Assembly (NCBI GenBank): GCA_963751455.1
Contig: CAVVUN010000003.1
Location: 374,507 to 438,506 of the forward strand
Origin: Nitrospirota bacterium
Lineage (GTDB): Bacteria; Nitrospirota; UBA9217
Length of the DNA stretch: 64,000 nucleotides
Direction: 5' to 3'
Part shown: piece by piece, positions 18,693 to 32,295 of the stretch
Numbering within the stretch: the first letter of the stretch is position 1
Layout: each line of letters begins with the position of its first letter
The notes under the pieces: model-generated
The model's database searches: none
What the model was told of the DNA's origin: nothing
What the model saw: only the letters and a program-made list of their open reading frames with translations
Position numbers and translations under genes: made by a program

Positions 18693-19385
18693 CTACGCTG
18701 CTCGCATCATCTCTCCGGACTCAATCATGTTCTTGAACTGACGCAGTTCTTTTTTCAGCTGTTTTTCTGTTATATATTGGAACAGTTTTGAGGTTGCTCC
18801 TATGGCGCCCGGGACCGCATAGCTGGCCTTGAAAAACAGTTCCGTGCCGCCGGGAACTCTCTTGAATTCGACACTGCCCTGGTTCTGCACTTCGGCGCTG
18901 GGAAGGGAATGCCAGCTGATCAACTGGTTCGGAATGTCCTCGATCATATCCGCATCCCATTCGAAACTGAATCCGCCCGGCACGCTGGCTACCCAGTGAG
19001 ACCGGCGGCTGTCGAGAACTTTTACTGATTCAAGATGCTCCATGAAGCGCGGCAGGTTCTCGAAGTTATGCCAGAAGCGATATACCTCTTCGGGGCTCCG
19101 ATTTATGATAATACTCGTTTCTACATCCACGCTGCTCACCATTGTGCTTGTGTCCATACCCATTGCCTGGTAAAGCGGGTCGTAACCTGTCGTCCCCCTG
19201 TAGAACAGATAGCCGCCTATGATAGAGAGAGCGGCCTTGGCCTGCACGGTATCTTGAGTCAGGCCGTACAGGGCGAGCGCACTGCCCCCCAAAATTGAAG
19301 CCCAACGCTCGGCTTTTCCGACATTGATGTTGTTTGTCGAACCCTTCATTCCTTTGAGGATATCTGATTTTGTACTGACTGGCAT
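18693..19385 (-). CDS. SRPBCC/cyclase family protein with N-terminal DUF2892-like region
   Basis: NVGKAERWAS; INRSPEEVYRFWHNFENLPRFMEHLESV. Confidence 0.85.
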   Translation of the reverse strand: MPVSTKSDILKGMKGSTNNINVGKAERWASILGGSALALYGLTQDTVQAKAALSIIGGYLFYRGTTGYDPLYQAMGMDTSTMVSSVDVETSIIINRSPEEVYRFWHNFENLPRFMEHLESVKVLDSRRSHWVASVPGGFSFEWDADMIEDIPNQLISWHSLPSAEVQNQGSVEFKRVPGGTELFFKASYAVPGAIGATSKLFQYITEKQLKKELRQFKNMIESGEMMRAA

Positions 19386-19631
19386 GATTGGTTTCCTCCT
19401 TTTGCTTGTCTCTGAAATTCTTTTGGAGGCCCGCGGCCTCCTATTCAAATTCTAGCATCATCTTACAGGATTTTTTTTCTTATTGAAAACATGTGAGACT
19501 AAAGGCAGCCAGCGAGCATCCAATTGATAACAAAGACACGGCATTTTTCTCGTCCTTTGACTTTTAAAATATAATTTGGTAGTCTGCGTCCAGTAAAAAG
19601 ACATTAAACCAGTGCCGATAAAGTTTTTGAA

Positions 19632-20072
19632 ATGAAAAAAGGGGTCGATTTCATAGGTGTAGGAACAGGTGCTGTTATCCTTAACGGAGACGGCAAGGTG
19701 TTCCTCGCCCTACGGGGGAGGGAAGCGCGCAATGAATCCGGCAAATGGGAATTCCCCGGCGGCTGCGTCGAGTTCGGAGAAACGCTCGAACATGCACTTG
19801 CTCGCGAGGTCATGGAAGAATACGGCTTCGAGATCGAAGTGTTGGAGCTTCTCGACGTAGTAAATCACATCATCCCGGCAGAAAAACAGCATTGGATCTC
19901 GCCAACCTTTCTGTGCCGATTCAGGGGCGGAACAGCTGTTATAAAAGAGCCTCACAAGTGCGATAAAATCGGATGGTTCAGGCTTGATGAGATACCTGAA
20001 CAGCACCTTACAATTGCTTCTAAGAAAAGCCTGGAAAGCCTGAGAAAAATACGAGCTCATCGAGAGGAGTAA
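19632..20072 (+). CDS. Nudix hydrolase
   Basis: Nudix box GGCVEFGETLEHALAREVMEEYG. Confidence 0.92.
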   Translation: MKKGVDFIGVGTGAVILNGDGKVFLALRGREARNESGKWEFPGGCVEFGETLEHALAREVMEEYGFEIEVLELLDVVNHIIPAEKQHWISPTFLCRFRGGTAVIKEPHKCDKIGWFRLDEIPEQHLTIASKKSLESLRKIRAHREE

Positions 20073-20107
20073 AAGTGAAGGGAAAGTCAAAAAGGCAAGG
20101 AGACAAG

Positions 20108-20776
20108 ATGTCTTCCCTTTATCCGGTCAATGCCCTGCTTATTCTGGGGCCTACCGGTTCTGGGAAAAGCCCTCTCGGTGAATTGATAGCCACACGCGGT
20201 TTTCTCGGAAGACGCTCGCATCACCTGGATTTCGGATCGGAACTTCGCTCAATCTCTTCCGGGATTGGCGCTGATTCGTACTCCCGGTCTGAAAGGGATT
20301 TTATACTCGGCGTTCTGGAAAGCGGTCTACTCCTGGAAAACGAGCACTTCCGCCTTGCGAGAAAGATCATAGAGTTGTTTCTTGAGCGCTCTCGTTTCCG
20401 TCCGGGAGACGCTCTCCTTCTGAACGGGATACCGCGGCACACCGGCCAGGCGCGCGACATCGCGGCTATTGCGAACGTTCAGGCAGTCATTGTCCTTAAC
20501 TGCTCCATTGACTCAATTATTATAAGAATAGAGGAAAATACAGGCGGTGACAGGCTCGGACGGAATGATGATACACGGCAGTTGGTCCAGAAAAAACTTG
20601 ATATCTACCGGGAGCGGACCGCGCCCCTGGTGGAACACTATGCGGCAGGCGGATGTCGTATCTATCACATCGATATCAATGAGAGAACCTCATCAGGATC
20701 AGCGTATCACACGCTTTCATCGCTTGCCGCCGCTGACCCACCAATCGCCTTTGTCGCTGAACCACCACAGCGATGA
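20108..20776 (+). CDS. Adenylate-kinase-family nucleoside monophosphate kinase
   Basis: P-loop GPTGSGKS, LNGIPR, RNDD...KLDIY. Confidence 0.75.
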   Translation: MSSLYPVNALLILGPTGSGKSPLGELIATRGFLGRRSHHLDFGSELRSISSGIGADSYSRSERDFILGVLESGLLLENEHFRLARKIIELFLERSRFRPGDALLLNGIPRHTGQARDIAAIANVQAVIVLNCSIDSIIIRIEENTGGDRLGRNDDTRQLVQKKLDIYRERTAPLVEHYAAGGCRIYHIDINERTSSGSAYHTLSSLAAADPPIAFVAEPPQR

Positions 20777-21292
20777 ATCTGTTTCGAGAATTGTCTTTGC
20801 AAGCTGTTTTGCCGAATCCGTCACAAGCCGTCTTAGTGAGAACTCAAGCCATTCGTCGGCATATTTGTTTCCCAGGTCTTTGTATTCCTTGAGTGCCAAA
20901 ATCATCTCGAGCTGATCCGCATCCCGGGCCAGTTTCGACTCTTCGGTGTTTCCTTCGGTGAATTCGAGAATGAGTTTCTTTATCTCTTCTCCGAACGGCA
21001 GTGTTTGTGCGAGATCATCCACGGCTTTTTTCTCATGCGCTTCGACGTATTTCTTGTTTACATAGTTAAGATCACCGGTCCGCGCCTCCGGCAGATCGTG
21101 AAAAAGACACATTTTGAGTATTCTGTCGACGTCTATGCCTGCAGCCATCTTACCAAGCGTATAGCCGATATAGGTTGTTCGAAAAATATGGTCCGCAACC
21201 GATTCCACGCCAGACCCAAGAAACTGAAACCCGCTTCGGGGCGTCCGTTTCAACATGCCCGCCTCAAATAAGAAATTAGCAATGTTTTTCAT
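20717..21292 (-). CDS. HD-domain hydrolase (YfbR/5'-deoxynucleotidase-like)
   Basis: ESVADH, FHDLPEARTGD, DADQLE. Confidence 0.88.
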   Translation of the reverse strand: MKNIANFLFEAGMLKRTPRSGFQFLGSGVESVADHIFRTTYIGYTLGKMAAGIDVDRILKMCLFHDLPEARTGDLNYVNKKYVEAHEKKAVDDLAQTLPFGEEIKKLILEFTEGNTEESKLARDADQLEMILALKEYKDLGNKYADEWLEFSLRRLVTDSAKQLAKTILETDSSLWWFSDKGDWWVSGGKR

Positions 21293-21329
21293 GACAGTCT
21301 TGAACTCTTCTCTAATTTTTTTTATTTTT

Positions 21330-21610
21330 AAAATTAATCACAAAAGATATTTTGCTATTTCCTGACCGATATCCACAAGCCGGCAGTTGTCTTATTACTA
21401 AAGACTGTATATATAAATAATTAGTAGTAGTAGTAATATAGTGTGTGAAAATGTTGGAACTCCGATCAATGCTTTGAAAAGGATATAAAAAATGTAAGCA
21501 TTAAGCTGTAGAAACAGATGTGAGTTTTTGAAGAAACAGGTGTTGATATCCTTGCCGGCCGAAATGTTCACAGGTTATCCAGCGACAACCCACACAGATC
21601 TGTGCATTAA
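21330..21610. other. Probable oriC unwinding region (AT-rich DUE, DnaA-trios, degenerate DnaA boxes)
   Basis: atatccaca 21369; (TAG)4TAA 21422-21436 abutting tgtgaaaat 21444 and tgttggaac 21452; more box-like 9-mers at 21541, 21564, 21575, 21601. Confidence 0.7.
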
Positions 21611-21960
21611 CCAGGAGGCCAGGAAAATCTACGGCCGGAAAGAATATGAAGATGAATGTGAAATACTGTCTGGCCCGCGTCTGCGCCGTTATTGATGACG
21701 AGCCGGTACCCGTTCGTATCGAGTCCTTTTTGATGTACAATCTTTTTCGCCGCTAAAAAGAGGTGCCCGATGAGATCCTTGTCGGTTTCTGCCATGCTGT
21801 GAATGTCAGAAATGTGTTTTTTTGGAACGACGAGAATGTGGACCGGCGCCTGCGGCTTCACATCCTGAAACGCTGTTGCGAGATGGTCCTCATACACGAT
21901 TACGGAGGGAACTTCTTTTTTGATAATCTTACAGAAAAGGCATTTAGAATCAGAACTCAC
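21607..21960 (-). CDS. Histidine triad nucleotide-binding protein (HinT-like)
   Basis: [22 protein letters not shown]; GTG start. Confidence 0.93.
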   Translation of the reverse strand: MSSDSKCLFCKIIKKEVPSVIVYEDHLATAFQDVKPQAPVHILVVPKKHISDIHSMAETDKDLIGHLFLAAKKIVHQKGLDTNGYRLVINNGADAGQTVFHIHLHILSGRRFSWPPG

Positions 21961-22298
21961 TTATTCCCCCCCTGGTCTTTCTGAAAGCTTCTGAAAAAGC
22001 AGCTCCGATTTCCGGTGTGGCATGCCGGCCCGGTTTGTTCCACTTTGATCAGGAGCGTGTCCAGGTCGCAGTCGTACAGGATCTCTTGAACACGCTGAAT
22101 GTGTCCCGACGTCTCTCCCTTTTGCCAGTATTTCTGGCGAGACCGGCTCCAGAACCAGGTGAGCCCGCTCTCTACGGTTTTGCGCACTGATTCTGCGTTC
22201 ATGTAGGCGACCATGAGGACTTCGTTAGTGCGCCAGTCCTGAATAACAGCCGGGATAAGACCCTTCTCGTCGAATTTAAGCTTTTCGGGAATAATCAT
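21957..22298 (-). CDS. hisI: Phosphoribosyl-AMP cyclohydrolase
   Basis: [29 protein letters not shown]. Confidence 0.95.
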   Translation of the reverse strand: MIIPEKLKFDEKGLIPAVIQDWRTNEVLMVAYMNAESVRKTVESGLTWFWSRSRQKYWQKGETSGHIQRVQEILYDCDLDTLLIKVEQTGPACHTGNRSCFFRSFQKDQGGNK

Positions 22299-22600
22299 AA
22301 TTGATCCGATTTTTATCATAAATCGAAATAAAAGTCCAGAACCTTGCTGCTCGTCCAAAACGGAAAGAGCGAGGCTGTTTCAGCAAGAAATATTGATACA
22401 TTCAAAAAAACGAAATTCACCCGAGACGCTGAGACACAGAGAAAAAAAGACCTTAAAGATGTCGTTTCCTACGCGCCCAGTGTGACACTGCGGTTAATCC
22501 GGCTTTTACGAGTCGAGCAAATATTTCTTTTACGAAAATGCGCCAAAAAAAACCGGCCTCTCTATGAGGACCGGTTATTATTAAACCTCGCTATGTCAGT

Positions 22601-23074
22601 TTAGACAAAAAGATTAATTTGAGAATCCGATGCGGCGTCGAGCCAGGTCGCGGCCCCGCCGAACTCAACTCCATCGATAATGTCCTCGTGTTTGATGCCC
22701 ATTACATCCATCGTCATTTGACAACCGATAAGCTTTACTCCGCTCTCCCTGGCAATGCCGAGCAGCTGTCCTATGGTTGCTACGCCGTGCTTCTTGAACA
22801 TCGATTTCATCATGCCGGTTGCCATGGCCTCCATGCCTGGCATGGACGCTATGAGCGTCGGGATAGGAACCGGCATAGGCATGGCCGGGTTTCCCAAAGG
22901 AGAAATTTTCAGTTTCTCCGCGTTCTCTTTTTTTATGATTTCGAGCCCATAGAATGTGAAAAAGATGGTTACATCAACATCCATGGCCGCAGCGGTAGTC
23001 GCAAGGATCAGGGGCGGATACGCCATGTCGAGCGATCCCTTGGATGCGATAATCGTCATTTTTTTCTGTGCCAT
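22601..23074 (-). CDS. DsrE2/DrsH-like sulfur relay protein
   Basis: SKGSLDMAYPPLIL, FFTFYGL, IGCQMTMD. Confidence 0.85.
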   Translation of the reverse strand: MAQKKMTIIASKGSLDMAYPPLILATTAAAMDVDVTIFFTFYGLEIIKKENAEKLKISPLGNPAMPMPVPIPTLIASMPGMEAMATGMMKSMFKKHGVATIGQLLGIARESGVKLIGCQMTMDVMGIKHEDIIDGVEFGGAATWLDAASDSQINLFV

Positions 23075-23085
23075 CGGATACCTCC

Positions 23086-23343
23086 CTAGGCTGTTTTCCT
23101 GATATAAAACGAGAACGAGCCAGACCCCTCTTCAACCTTTACGAGTTCATTACCCGTTCTTTTTGCCCAGGACGCCATATCGTTTTTGGATCCAGGGTCG
23201 GTTGTCTCAACTTTTAAAATCTGGTCCTTGGACAGGGCTTCGACGGCTTTTTTGGTTCTCAAAATGGGCAATGGACAGTTTAAACCCTTAGCATCCAGTA
23301 CCTGATCCGGTTTAATATCGACAGACATGTTTTTCACCTCCAT
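23086..23343 (-). CDS. tusA: Sulfur carrier TusA
   Basis: LDAKGLNCPLP, TTDPGS. Confidence 0.9.
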   Translation of the reverse strand: MEVKNMSVDIKPDQVLDAKGLNCPLPILRTKKAVEALSKDQILKVETTDPGSKNDMASWAKRTGNELVKVEEGSGSFSFYIRKTA

Positions 23344-23367
23344 TTTTTATAATGAAACAGCTGTTTG

Positions 23368-23396
23368 ATAATATCAATGAATAGTTTCGAAGTCAA
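23368..23396 (-). promoter_or_regulatory. Sigma70 promoter of tusA-dsrE
   Basis: TTGACT-N17-TATTAT on the minus strand. Confidence 0.55.
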
Positions 23397-23733
23397 GCAA
23401 TTTTTTACATAACAATTTAACACATATAAATCAATTACATACATACGTGAAAAAAATATTGTTATTATCTGCCAAATAGAAGCTATATTAAACGCTGTTT
23501 AATCAGGACGCTGGAGACGCACGGAAAAATACCTTGCCTCGAAGACGGGGTTCTGATATAGTCAGTTCTCGCTGACCGCTGCGAAACGTCCTCGTCACAC
23601 TATATTTTGCAATATGCATGCTAGGCATAGTCCGTTATGGCCATACAAAATCACGCAAAATAAAGGGTTCAAAAAGCGGACTATAAGCCTCCGAGCGAGA
23701 ACCAAACATTCCGAAATATAAGAGGAAATATCG

Positions 23734-23753
23734 TTGTCCACAGGTGTGGATAA
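23734..23753. promoter_or_regulatory. Inverted pair of DnaA boxes upstream of dnaA
   Basis: TTGTCCACA (23734-42) and perfect TGTGGATAA (23745-53). Confidence 0.85.
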
Positions 23754-23790
23754 GCATGTTTGTAACCAGGACTATTTTTGGGGTTTTTTT

Positions 23791-25119
23791 ATGGATCAGG
23801 AAAGAGTTTGGGAAGAAATACTGTTATTGATAGAAAATCGAATGTCCAAGCAGGGTTACGACACCTGGTTCAGTCAGTCTAAACTCATGTCTCTGGACGG
23901 AAACCGGCTTGTTATCGAGGTACCGAGCAAGTTTCACAGAGATTGGATCAGGGAACATTACTGGAGCACCATATCCGATGTTATAAAAGAAGTTACGAAA
24001 AAAAGCGACATGGATATTGATTTTTTCGTACAGCCTCAGGCAACCAAAAAAGCAGTGCGCCACGTAAAAGAAGACAAGAAAGAAGTCCGTGAAGAGAAAG
24101 TCGGCTTTTTTGAACGAAAATATACTTTCAATAACTTTGTTGTGGGTCCCAGCAACCAGTTCGCGCATGCAGCAGCCAAGGCGGTGGCTGACGCCCCCGG
24201 CAGAGCATACAATCCACTCTTTATTTACAGCGGCGTCGGACTGGGGAAAACACATCTTGTGAATGCCATTGGGCATCATATTCAAAGCAAATCTCTCAAA
24301 ACCAAAGTTGCATATCTTTCATCGGAACAATTTACAAACGAGTTGATCAACCGCATGAGTCATCAGCGGATGGAAGAATTCAGGCAGAAATACCGTAACA
24401 TGGACGTGCTCTTGATCGACGATATTCAGTTTATCGCAGGCAAAGAACGGACGCAGGAAGAATTCTTTCACACGTTTAACACACTCTATGAGACGCAGAA
24501 ACAGATCGTGCTGACCAGCGACCGACAGCCGAAGGAAATTCCCGATATCGAAGAGCGACTCCGGTCACGATTTGAGTGCGGATTGATCTCGGACATCCAG
24601 GCGCCGGACCTCGAAACAAGAATCGCGATTCTGAAGAAAAAAGCGGAGTTCTGGGGCATACGCCTGCCCGATGATGTTGCGGAATTTCTTGCGTCAATGA
24701 TGAAAAACAACATCAGAGAACTGGAAGGCGGGCTCGTGAAACTGGGCGCCGTTTCCTCCCTGACCAATACCGAGATCACCCAGGAGCTTGCGCAGAACGA
24801 GCTTAAGTATATCCTCGACAATCGCGAAAAAATTATAACAAACGAGCTGGTCCAGAAGGTTGTCGCGGAAACCTTTGGAGTAAAAATATCCGATTTGAAA
24901 TCTAAACGCAGAACAAAGGCAGTAGTTTTGCCGCGCCAGGTCGCGATGTATCTCTGCAGACACCAGGCCGGATCTTCGCTTCCCGACATCGGCAACTTTT
25001 TCGGCGGCAAGGATCACAGTACGGTTATCCACGCCTGTAAAGTCATAGAGGAGAAGAAGGAAAAAGACGCGGAACTCCGGGCGCGCATAGAGATGTTGAT
25101 TAAGCAATTAAGGCACTGA
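23791..25119 (+). CDS. dnaA: Chromosomal replication initiator DnaA
   Basis: YNPLFIYSGVGLGKTHL, LLIDDIQF, KDHSTVIHA. Confidence 0.98.
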   Translation: MDQERVWEEILLLIENRMSKQGYDTWFSQSKLMSLDGNRLVIEVPSKFHRDWIREHYWSTISDVIKEVTKKSDMDIDFFVQPQATKKAVRHVKEDKKEVREEKVGFFERKYTFNNFVVGPSNQFAHAAAKAVADAPGRAYNPLFIYSGVGLGKTHLVNAIGHHIQSKSLKTKVAYLSSEQFTNELINRMSHQRMEEFRQKYRNMDVLLIDDIQFIAGKERTQEEFFHTFNTLYETQKQIVLTSDRQPKEIPDIEERLRSRFECGLISDIQAPDLETRIAILKKKAEFWGIRLPDDVAEFLASMMKNNIRELEGGLVKLGAVSSLTNTEITQELAQNELKYILDNREKIITNELVQKVVAETFGVKISDLKSKRRTKAVVLPRQVAMYLCRHQAGSSLPDIGNFFGGKDHSTVIHACKVIEEKKEKDAELRARIEMLIKQLRH

Positions 25120-25206
25120 TTATTAAGGAAAACAATTAAAATATTTGTTGCTATTTACCGGCGATTCTGATAGTATTCTTGGACCACTCACAGGAGGCTT
25201 CATCAG

Positions 25207-26322
25207 ATGAAACTGAAGATCAAGAAAGAAGAAATCCTGAAGGGTTTGCAGAGGATCCAGGGCGTCGTTGAAAAGAAGAATACGATGCCGATTCTCTCCA
25301 ACATGCTTTTGACAGCAGACAGCGCCGGCGTCGAGATAGTAGCAACGGATCTTGAGATAGGGCTTCGCGGGCGATATTCCGCTGAGGTTGAAAAACAGGG
25401 CGCGGTGACCGTATCCGCCAAGAAAATGTATGAAATCGTTCGCGAGCTGCAGGCGGAAGATATTCAACTCAGCGTTGAAGACGGGAACTGGATAAAGTTA
25501 ACATCCGGCCACTCGCAGTTCAAGCTTGTGGCGCTCCCGAAAGAAGAATTCCCCGCCCTTCCGGAAGTCCCGGAAGACGGTATGATCGCCATAGAGGGCG
25601 GAACTCTTCGCGAAATGATAAAAAAGACGCTGTACTCGGTCGGCGAAAACGATGCACGATACGTTCTGAACGGTTTATTCGTGCACATGTCCGCTTCAGG
25701 CAAGGGACTGAACATCCGCATGGTCGGTACAGACGGCCACAGGTTGTCGATGATCGACCGGGTTGTGGACGCCAAGCATAAAGAAGAGAGCATGATCATA
25801 CCCAAGAAGGCAATGATGGAGCTTCGCCGGCTTCTTGAGGAGGATTCATCAAACGCCGAGTTGCGCCTGGGGTTCAGCAAGAACCATGCGGTTTTCAAAC
25901 GTGATTCCCTGATTATGGTTTCGAAGCTGATCGACGGCAATTATCCCAACTATCTCCAGGTCGTTCCTTCGAAGAGCACGAAGAAGGTCGTCGTTGACAA
26001 AGACATCTTCACCCACGCGGTGAAGCGGGTTTCGATTTTGTCGAAAGAAAAAACGAACGCCGTGAAGATGCAGCTCGAAAAAGACAAGCTGCTTCTCTCG
26101 ACCAACAATCCGGAAGTGGGCGAGGCCAATGAAGAGCTCTCCGTCGAGTACAAGGGCGAAGCGATAACGATCGGTTTTAATTCCCGCTATCTTATGGATG
26201 TACTTGGCGCAATGGATCGCGCGACGATTGCCATCGAGCTGAGCGACGCTCTCAGCCCGTGTTTGATGACCGAAGTAGGCGACGATCATTACAAGTGCGT
26301 TGTTATGCCGATGAGAGTGTGA
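25207..26322 (+). CDS. dnaN: DNA polymerase III beta clamp
   Basis: ATDLE, GTDGHRL, GFNSRYL, VMPMR. Confidence 0.98.
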   Translation: MKLKIKKEEILKGLQRIQGVVEKKNTMPILSNMLLTADSAGVEIVATDLEIGLRGRYSAEVEKQGAVTVSAKKMYEIVRELQAEDIQLSVEDGNWIKLTSGHSQFKLVALPKEEFPALPEVPEDGMIAIEGGTLREMIKKTLYSVGENDARYVLNGLFVHMSASGKGLNIRMVGTDGHRLSMIDRVVDAKHKEESMIIPKKAMMELRRLLEEDSSNAELRLGFSKNHAVFKRDSLIMVSKLIDGNYPNYLQVVPSKSTKKVVVDKDIFTHAVKRVSILSKEKTNAVKMQLEKDKLLLSTNNPEVGEANEELSVEYKGEAITIGFNSRYLMDVLGAMDRATIAIELSDALSPCLMTEVGDDHYKCVVMPMRV

Positions 26323-26345
26323 CGACATTCTTTGAATGTCGAATG

Positions 26346-26412
26346 GGAAATTGAAAATTGAAAATTGAAGAAATAGCAATGCAATTTGATATTTCCAATT
26401 TTCATTTTTCAA
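26346..26412. repeat. AT-rich inverted 7-mer array (AAATTGA ... TCAATTT)
   Basis: aaattgaaaattgaaaattga ... tttccaattttcatttttcaa; similar arrays at 3016-3063, 35928-35985, 39366-39472, 41560-41617. Confidence 0.75.
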
Positions 26413-26443
26413 TGGAGTAACGGAGTACGACGTGAGGGATTGA

Positions 26444-28882
<2,439 letters not shown>

Positions 28883-28910
28883 TTTGGAGCGAGCCGACCG
28901 TGTCGGCGTT
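28883..28910. repeat. Short palindromic extragenic repeat
   Basis: tttggagcgagccgaccgtgtcggcgtt; near-identical copy tttggagcaagccgaccatgtcggcgtt at 44030-44057; both follow a stop codon directly. Confidence 0.7.
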
Positions 28911-28981
28911 ATAGGCGGCGAGTTATCGCCGGTTTCAGAAAAAACGGCAACACGGTTGCCTTGGTCCAAAAAAGAGATTAT

Positions 28982-31483
28982 ATGGAATCACAAGAGATAA
29001 AATCACAGATCAATATCGAAGAAGAAATGAAAACCGCATACCTCGATTACTCCATGAGCGTAATCGTGGGGCGGGCTCTTCCCGATGTCCGGGACGGATT
29101 AAAACCCGTACATCGGCGCATTCTCTACGCGATGTTTCGCGAAGGACTCCTGCACAATAAAAAATACTCCAAGAGCGCCGGTGTTGTCGGCGAAGTCCTG
29201 AAGAAGTACCATCCTCACGGCGACAGTGCGGTTTACGACACCATGGTCAGGATGGCGCAGGACTTCAACCTGCGCTACCTTCTCGTGGACGGGCAGGGCA
29301 ACTTCGGGTCCATCGACGGTGACCCGGCAGCGGCGTATCGTTATACCGAGGCCAGGCTCACCAAGCTGGCGGAAGAGCTGCTTGCGGACATAGACAAGGA
29401 AACCGTTGATTTCGTCCCGAACTTCGACGACACGACCGTGGAACCTTCGGTTCTTCCCACGCGCGTGCCGAACCTGCTGATCAACGGTTCAGCCGGCATC
29501 GCGGTCGGCATGGCAACGAACATCCCTCCTCACAATCTCACCGAAGTAGTCGACGGCCTCGTCATGATGATCGACAATCCCGAAGTTTCCATCCCGGAGC
29601 TGATGACGGCGATCAAGGGGCCTGATTTTCCAACCGCAGCGTTTATCCACGGCTATGAGGGGATCAAGCAGGCGTACATGACAGGCCGCGGCATCGTACA
29701 GATGCGCGCCCGGGCCGTGATCGAGGAGGGCAAGGGCGACCGCGAGACTATCGTTGTAAGCGAACTGCCGTACCAGGTGAACAAGGCCAGGCTGCTCGAA
29801 AGGATCGCGGAACTGGTCCAGGAGAAAAAAATCACGGGTATTTCCGAGATACGGGATGAATCCGACCGCGAAGGCATGCGGATCGTGATCGAGCTTAAAA
29901 AGGGCGAAATAACGAACGTTATTTTGAACCAGCTTTATAAACATACCGCGATGCAATCGACGTTCGGGGTCATCATGCTTGCGCTCGTAAACAACCAGCC
30001 GCGCATCCTGAACCTCCGCAAACTGCTCTCGAATTTCATTCAGCACCGACGCGAAGTCGTTGTGCGGAGGACTAAATACGACCTCAGGAAAGCCGAGGAG
30101 CGGGCGCATATCCTGCTCGGCCTCAAGATCGCGCTCGACAACCTTGATGCGGTGATCGCGCTGATCAAGGCGTCGGCAAATCCCGAAGAAGCCAAAAACG
30201 GACTGGTAAGAGAGTTCAAACTGTCGGAGATACAGGCGCAGGCCATTCTCAAGATGCGGCTGCAGCGCCTTACAGGACTGGAGCGGGACAAGATTATCGC
30301 GGAGTATGATGAAGTGATCAAGGAGATAGCCCGCCTGAACGAAATTCTCGGCTCCGACGCGCTCGTGATGAAAATCATCCGTGACGAACTGCTGGCGGTA
30401 AAGCAGGAATATGGTGATGAGCGGCGGACCGAAATCGTGGCCCAGACCTCGGAGATCGATATCGAGGACCTTATCAAGGACGAAGACATGGTGATTACGA
30501 TCTCCCATGCAGGCTACATCAAGCGAAACGCCCTGACCACATACCGGGCCCAAAAACGCGGGGGCAAGGGCAAAATCGGCATGGAGACCAAGGAAGAGGA
30601 TTTCGTCGAGCGGCTTTTCATGGCCTCTGCGCACAGCTATATTCTCTTTTTCACCAACAAGGGAAGGGTATACTGGCTTAAAGTCCACCAGATTCCTGAG
30701 GCGAGCAGACAGGCCAAGGGCAAGGCCATCGTCAACCTGATTCAAATCAGCCAGGACGAAAGGGTCACGGCCGCTCTTCCCATTCGGGGATTTGCTCCGG
30801 GCCACTTCATCCTGATGGCAACCAAGAAAGGCATCATAAAAAAGACCGAGCTGGAGTCCTACAGTCACCCCAGGCCTTCCGGCATCATCGCAATTAAGCT
30901 CGAAGAAGGCGACGAACTCATCTCAGCCGAAGTGACGGACGGCAAGCGGGACGTATTTCTCGGGACCCGGGACGGCCTCTCCATCCGCTTCTCCGAGGAC
31001 GACGTTCGCGAAATCGGCCGTACCGGCAAAGGAGTCATCGGCATACGGCTCAATGAAGGCAATGGGGTTGTCGGCATGGAAATCGTGCGTGACGACTCCA
31101 CGATACTCACCGTGACTGAAAAAGGCTACGGCAAGAGAAGCACACTTGAGGACTACCGGAGCCAGGGCAGGGGCGGCAAGGGTATTATCACGATCAAAAC
31201 GACCGAAAAGAACGGCCGGGTAATCGGCATGGCCCAGGTGTCAGAGGAAGACGAGATCATTCTCATTACGGGCAACGGTAAGGTTCTTCGAATCAGGACC
31301 AGGGACATCTCGGTGCAAGGCCGGAATACACAAGGCCTTCGTCTTTTTGACATTGAAGAAGGAGACAAAGTAGTCAGTTTCGCCAAACTGGTCGAACGCG
31401 AGGAAGAGAAAGAACCGGACGCGGAGAAAAGCGGTGCGCAAACGCCGGAACCCGAAGGAGGGGAGGGTTCGGCCGGATCATGA
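28982..31483 (+). CDS. gyrA: DNA gyrase subunit A
   Basis: [23 protein letters not shown], GyrA box QKRGGKG. Confidence 0.98.
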   Translation: MESQEIKSQINIEEEMKTAYLDYSMSVIVGRALPDVRDGLKPVHRRILYAMFREGLLHNKKYSKSAGVVGEVLKKYHPHGDSAVYDTMVRMAQDFNLRYLLVDGQGNFGSIDGDPAAAYRYTEARLTKLAEELLADIDKETVDFVPNFDDTTVEPSVLPTRVPNLLINGSAGIAVGMATNIPPHNLTEVVDGLVMMIDNPEVSIPELMTAIKGPDFPTAAFIHGYEGIKQAYMTGRGIVQMRARAVIEEGKGDRETIVVSELPYQVNKARLLERIAELVQEKKITGISEIRDESDREGMRIVIELKKGEITNVILNQLYKHTAMQSTFGVIMLALVNNQPRILNLRKLLSNFIQHRREVVVRRTKYDLRKAEERAHILLGLKIALDNLDAVIALIKASANPEEAKNGLVREFKLSEIQAQAILKMRLQRLTGLERDKIIAEYDEVIKEIARLNEILGSDALVMKIIRDELLAVKQEYGDERRTEIVAQTSEIDIEDLIKDEDMVITISHAGYIKRNALTTYRAQKRGGKGKIGMETKEEDFVERLFMASAHSYILFFTNKGRVYWLKVHQIPEASRQAKGKAIVNLIQISQDERVTAALPIRGFAPGHFILMATKKGIIKKTELESYSHPRPSGIIAIKLEEGDELISAEVTDGKRDVFLGTRDGLSIRFSEDDVREIGRTGKGVIGIRLNEGNGVVGMEIVRDDSTILTVTEKGYGKRSTLEDYRSQGRGGKGIITIKTTEKNGRVIGMAQVSEEDEIILITGNGKVLRIRTRDISVQGRNTQGLRLFDIEEGDKVVSFAKLVEREEEKEPDAEKSGAQTPEPEGGEGSAGS

Positions 31484-32268
31484 AGAAGACCCTTGCGGTT
31501 CTCCTGCTCGGAATCATTCTTTCAGGATGTGAAGCACTCGACAAAACCGCCATCAACGAATACGAGGATGCTACCCGCAAGTGGAATGCGGGCGATTACC
31601 CGACCGCTGTCAGGATATATTTCGGGATCGTCAAAGAGCATCCGCGCAGCGCGCGGGCGGACGACGCGCTCTACTGGGCAGGAGTGACCCAGTTCCTGTA
31701 TATGGGCCAAACGGAGATGGCGCTTGAGACGCTCCGCCTGCTCCTCAAAAGGTATCCGAACAGGGACATGGCCCCCCAGGCGCAATGGTATATCGCCCAG
31801 ATTTACGAACTCGGATATAATGAATACGGGAAGGCGGGCGAGGAGTATAGAAAGGCGATAGAATATACGAATCTCGAGGTAAGGGAAAAAAGCCTTTACA
31901 GCCTCGCTGACTGCCTTTTCAGAATCGGCAAGACAGACGAGGCGAAAGAGGTCTGGACCCGTCAAATAACGGAATTCCCCGCCGGGCCGAATGTAAGGCT
32001 GGGCTATTACCGGCTCGGTACAGCGTCCTTCTCCAGGGGCGAGCTCAATACGGCGGAGTCCTTCTACCGGAAAGCTCTTGAAAATAACCCGGACCGCGAG
32101 CTTGCAATCAAGGCCAAATTCGCGCTTGCCGGCTGCCTCGAGGCAGGCGATAACCTGACGGAAGCGCTCAAGTTCTATAGAGAGATCGAGCCCGATTATT
32201 CCAACAAAGAGGCAATCCAGATCAAGATCAAGGCGCTCGAGACCAGGATCAGAAAGAAAAGTTATTGA
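31480..32268 (+). CDS. TPR-repeat lipoprotein (BamD/CpoB-like)
   Basis: Lipobox LSGC; repeated [19 protein letters not shown] helices. Confidence 0.75.
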   Translation: MKKTLAVLLLGIILSGCEALDKTAINEYEDATRKWNAGDYPTAVRIYFGIVKEHPRSARADDALYWAGVTQFLYMGQTEMALETLRLLLKRYPNRDMAPQAQWYIAQIYELGYNEYGKAGEEYRKAIEYTNLEVREKSLYSLADCLFRIGKTDEAKEVWTRQITEFPAGPNVRLGYYRLGTASFSRGELNTAESFYRKALENNPDRELAIKAKFALAGCLEAGDNLTEALKFYREIEPDYSNKEAIQIKIKALETRIRKKSY

Positions 32269-32295
32269 CAACCCAGAAGGAGAATGATACTTTAA

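Noticed and set aside
29489-30868. Long antisense ORFs (also 5500-6990, 10555-11583, 31522-32619, 44409-45506, 8970-10001)
   Set aside because: They mirror well-supported genes on the other strand and have no recognisable motifs; expected from codon bias
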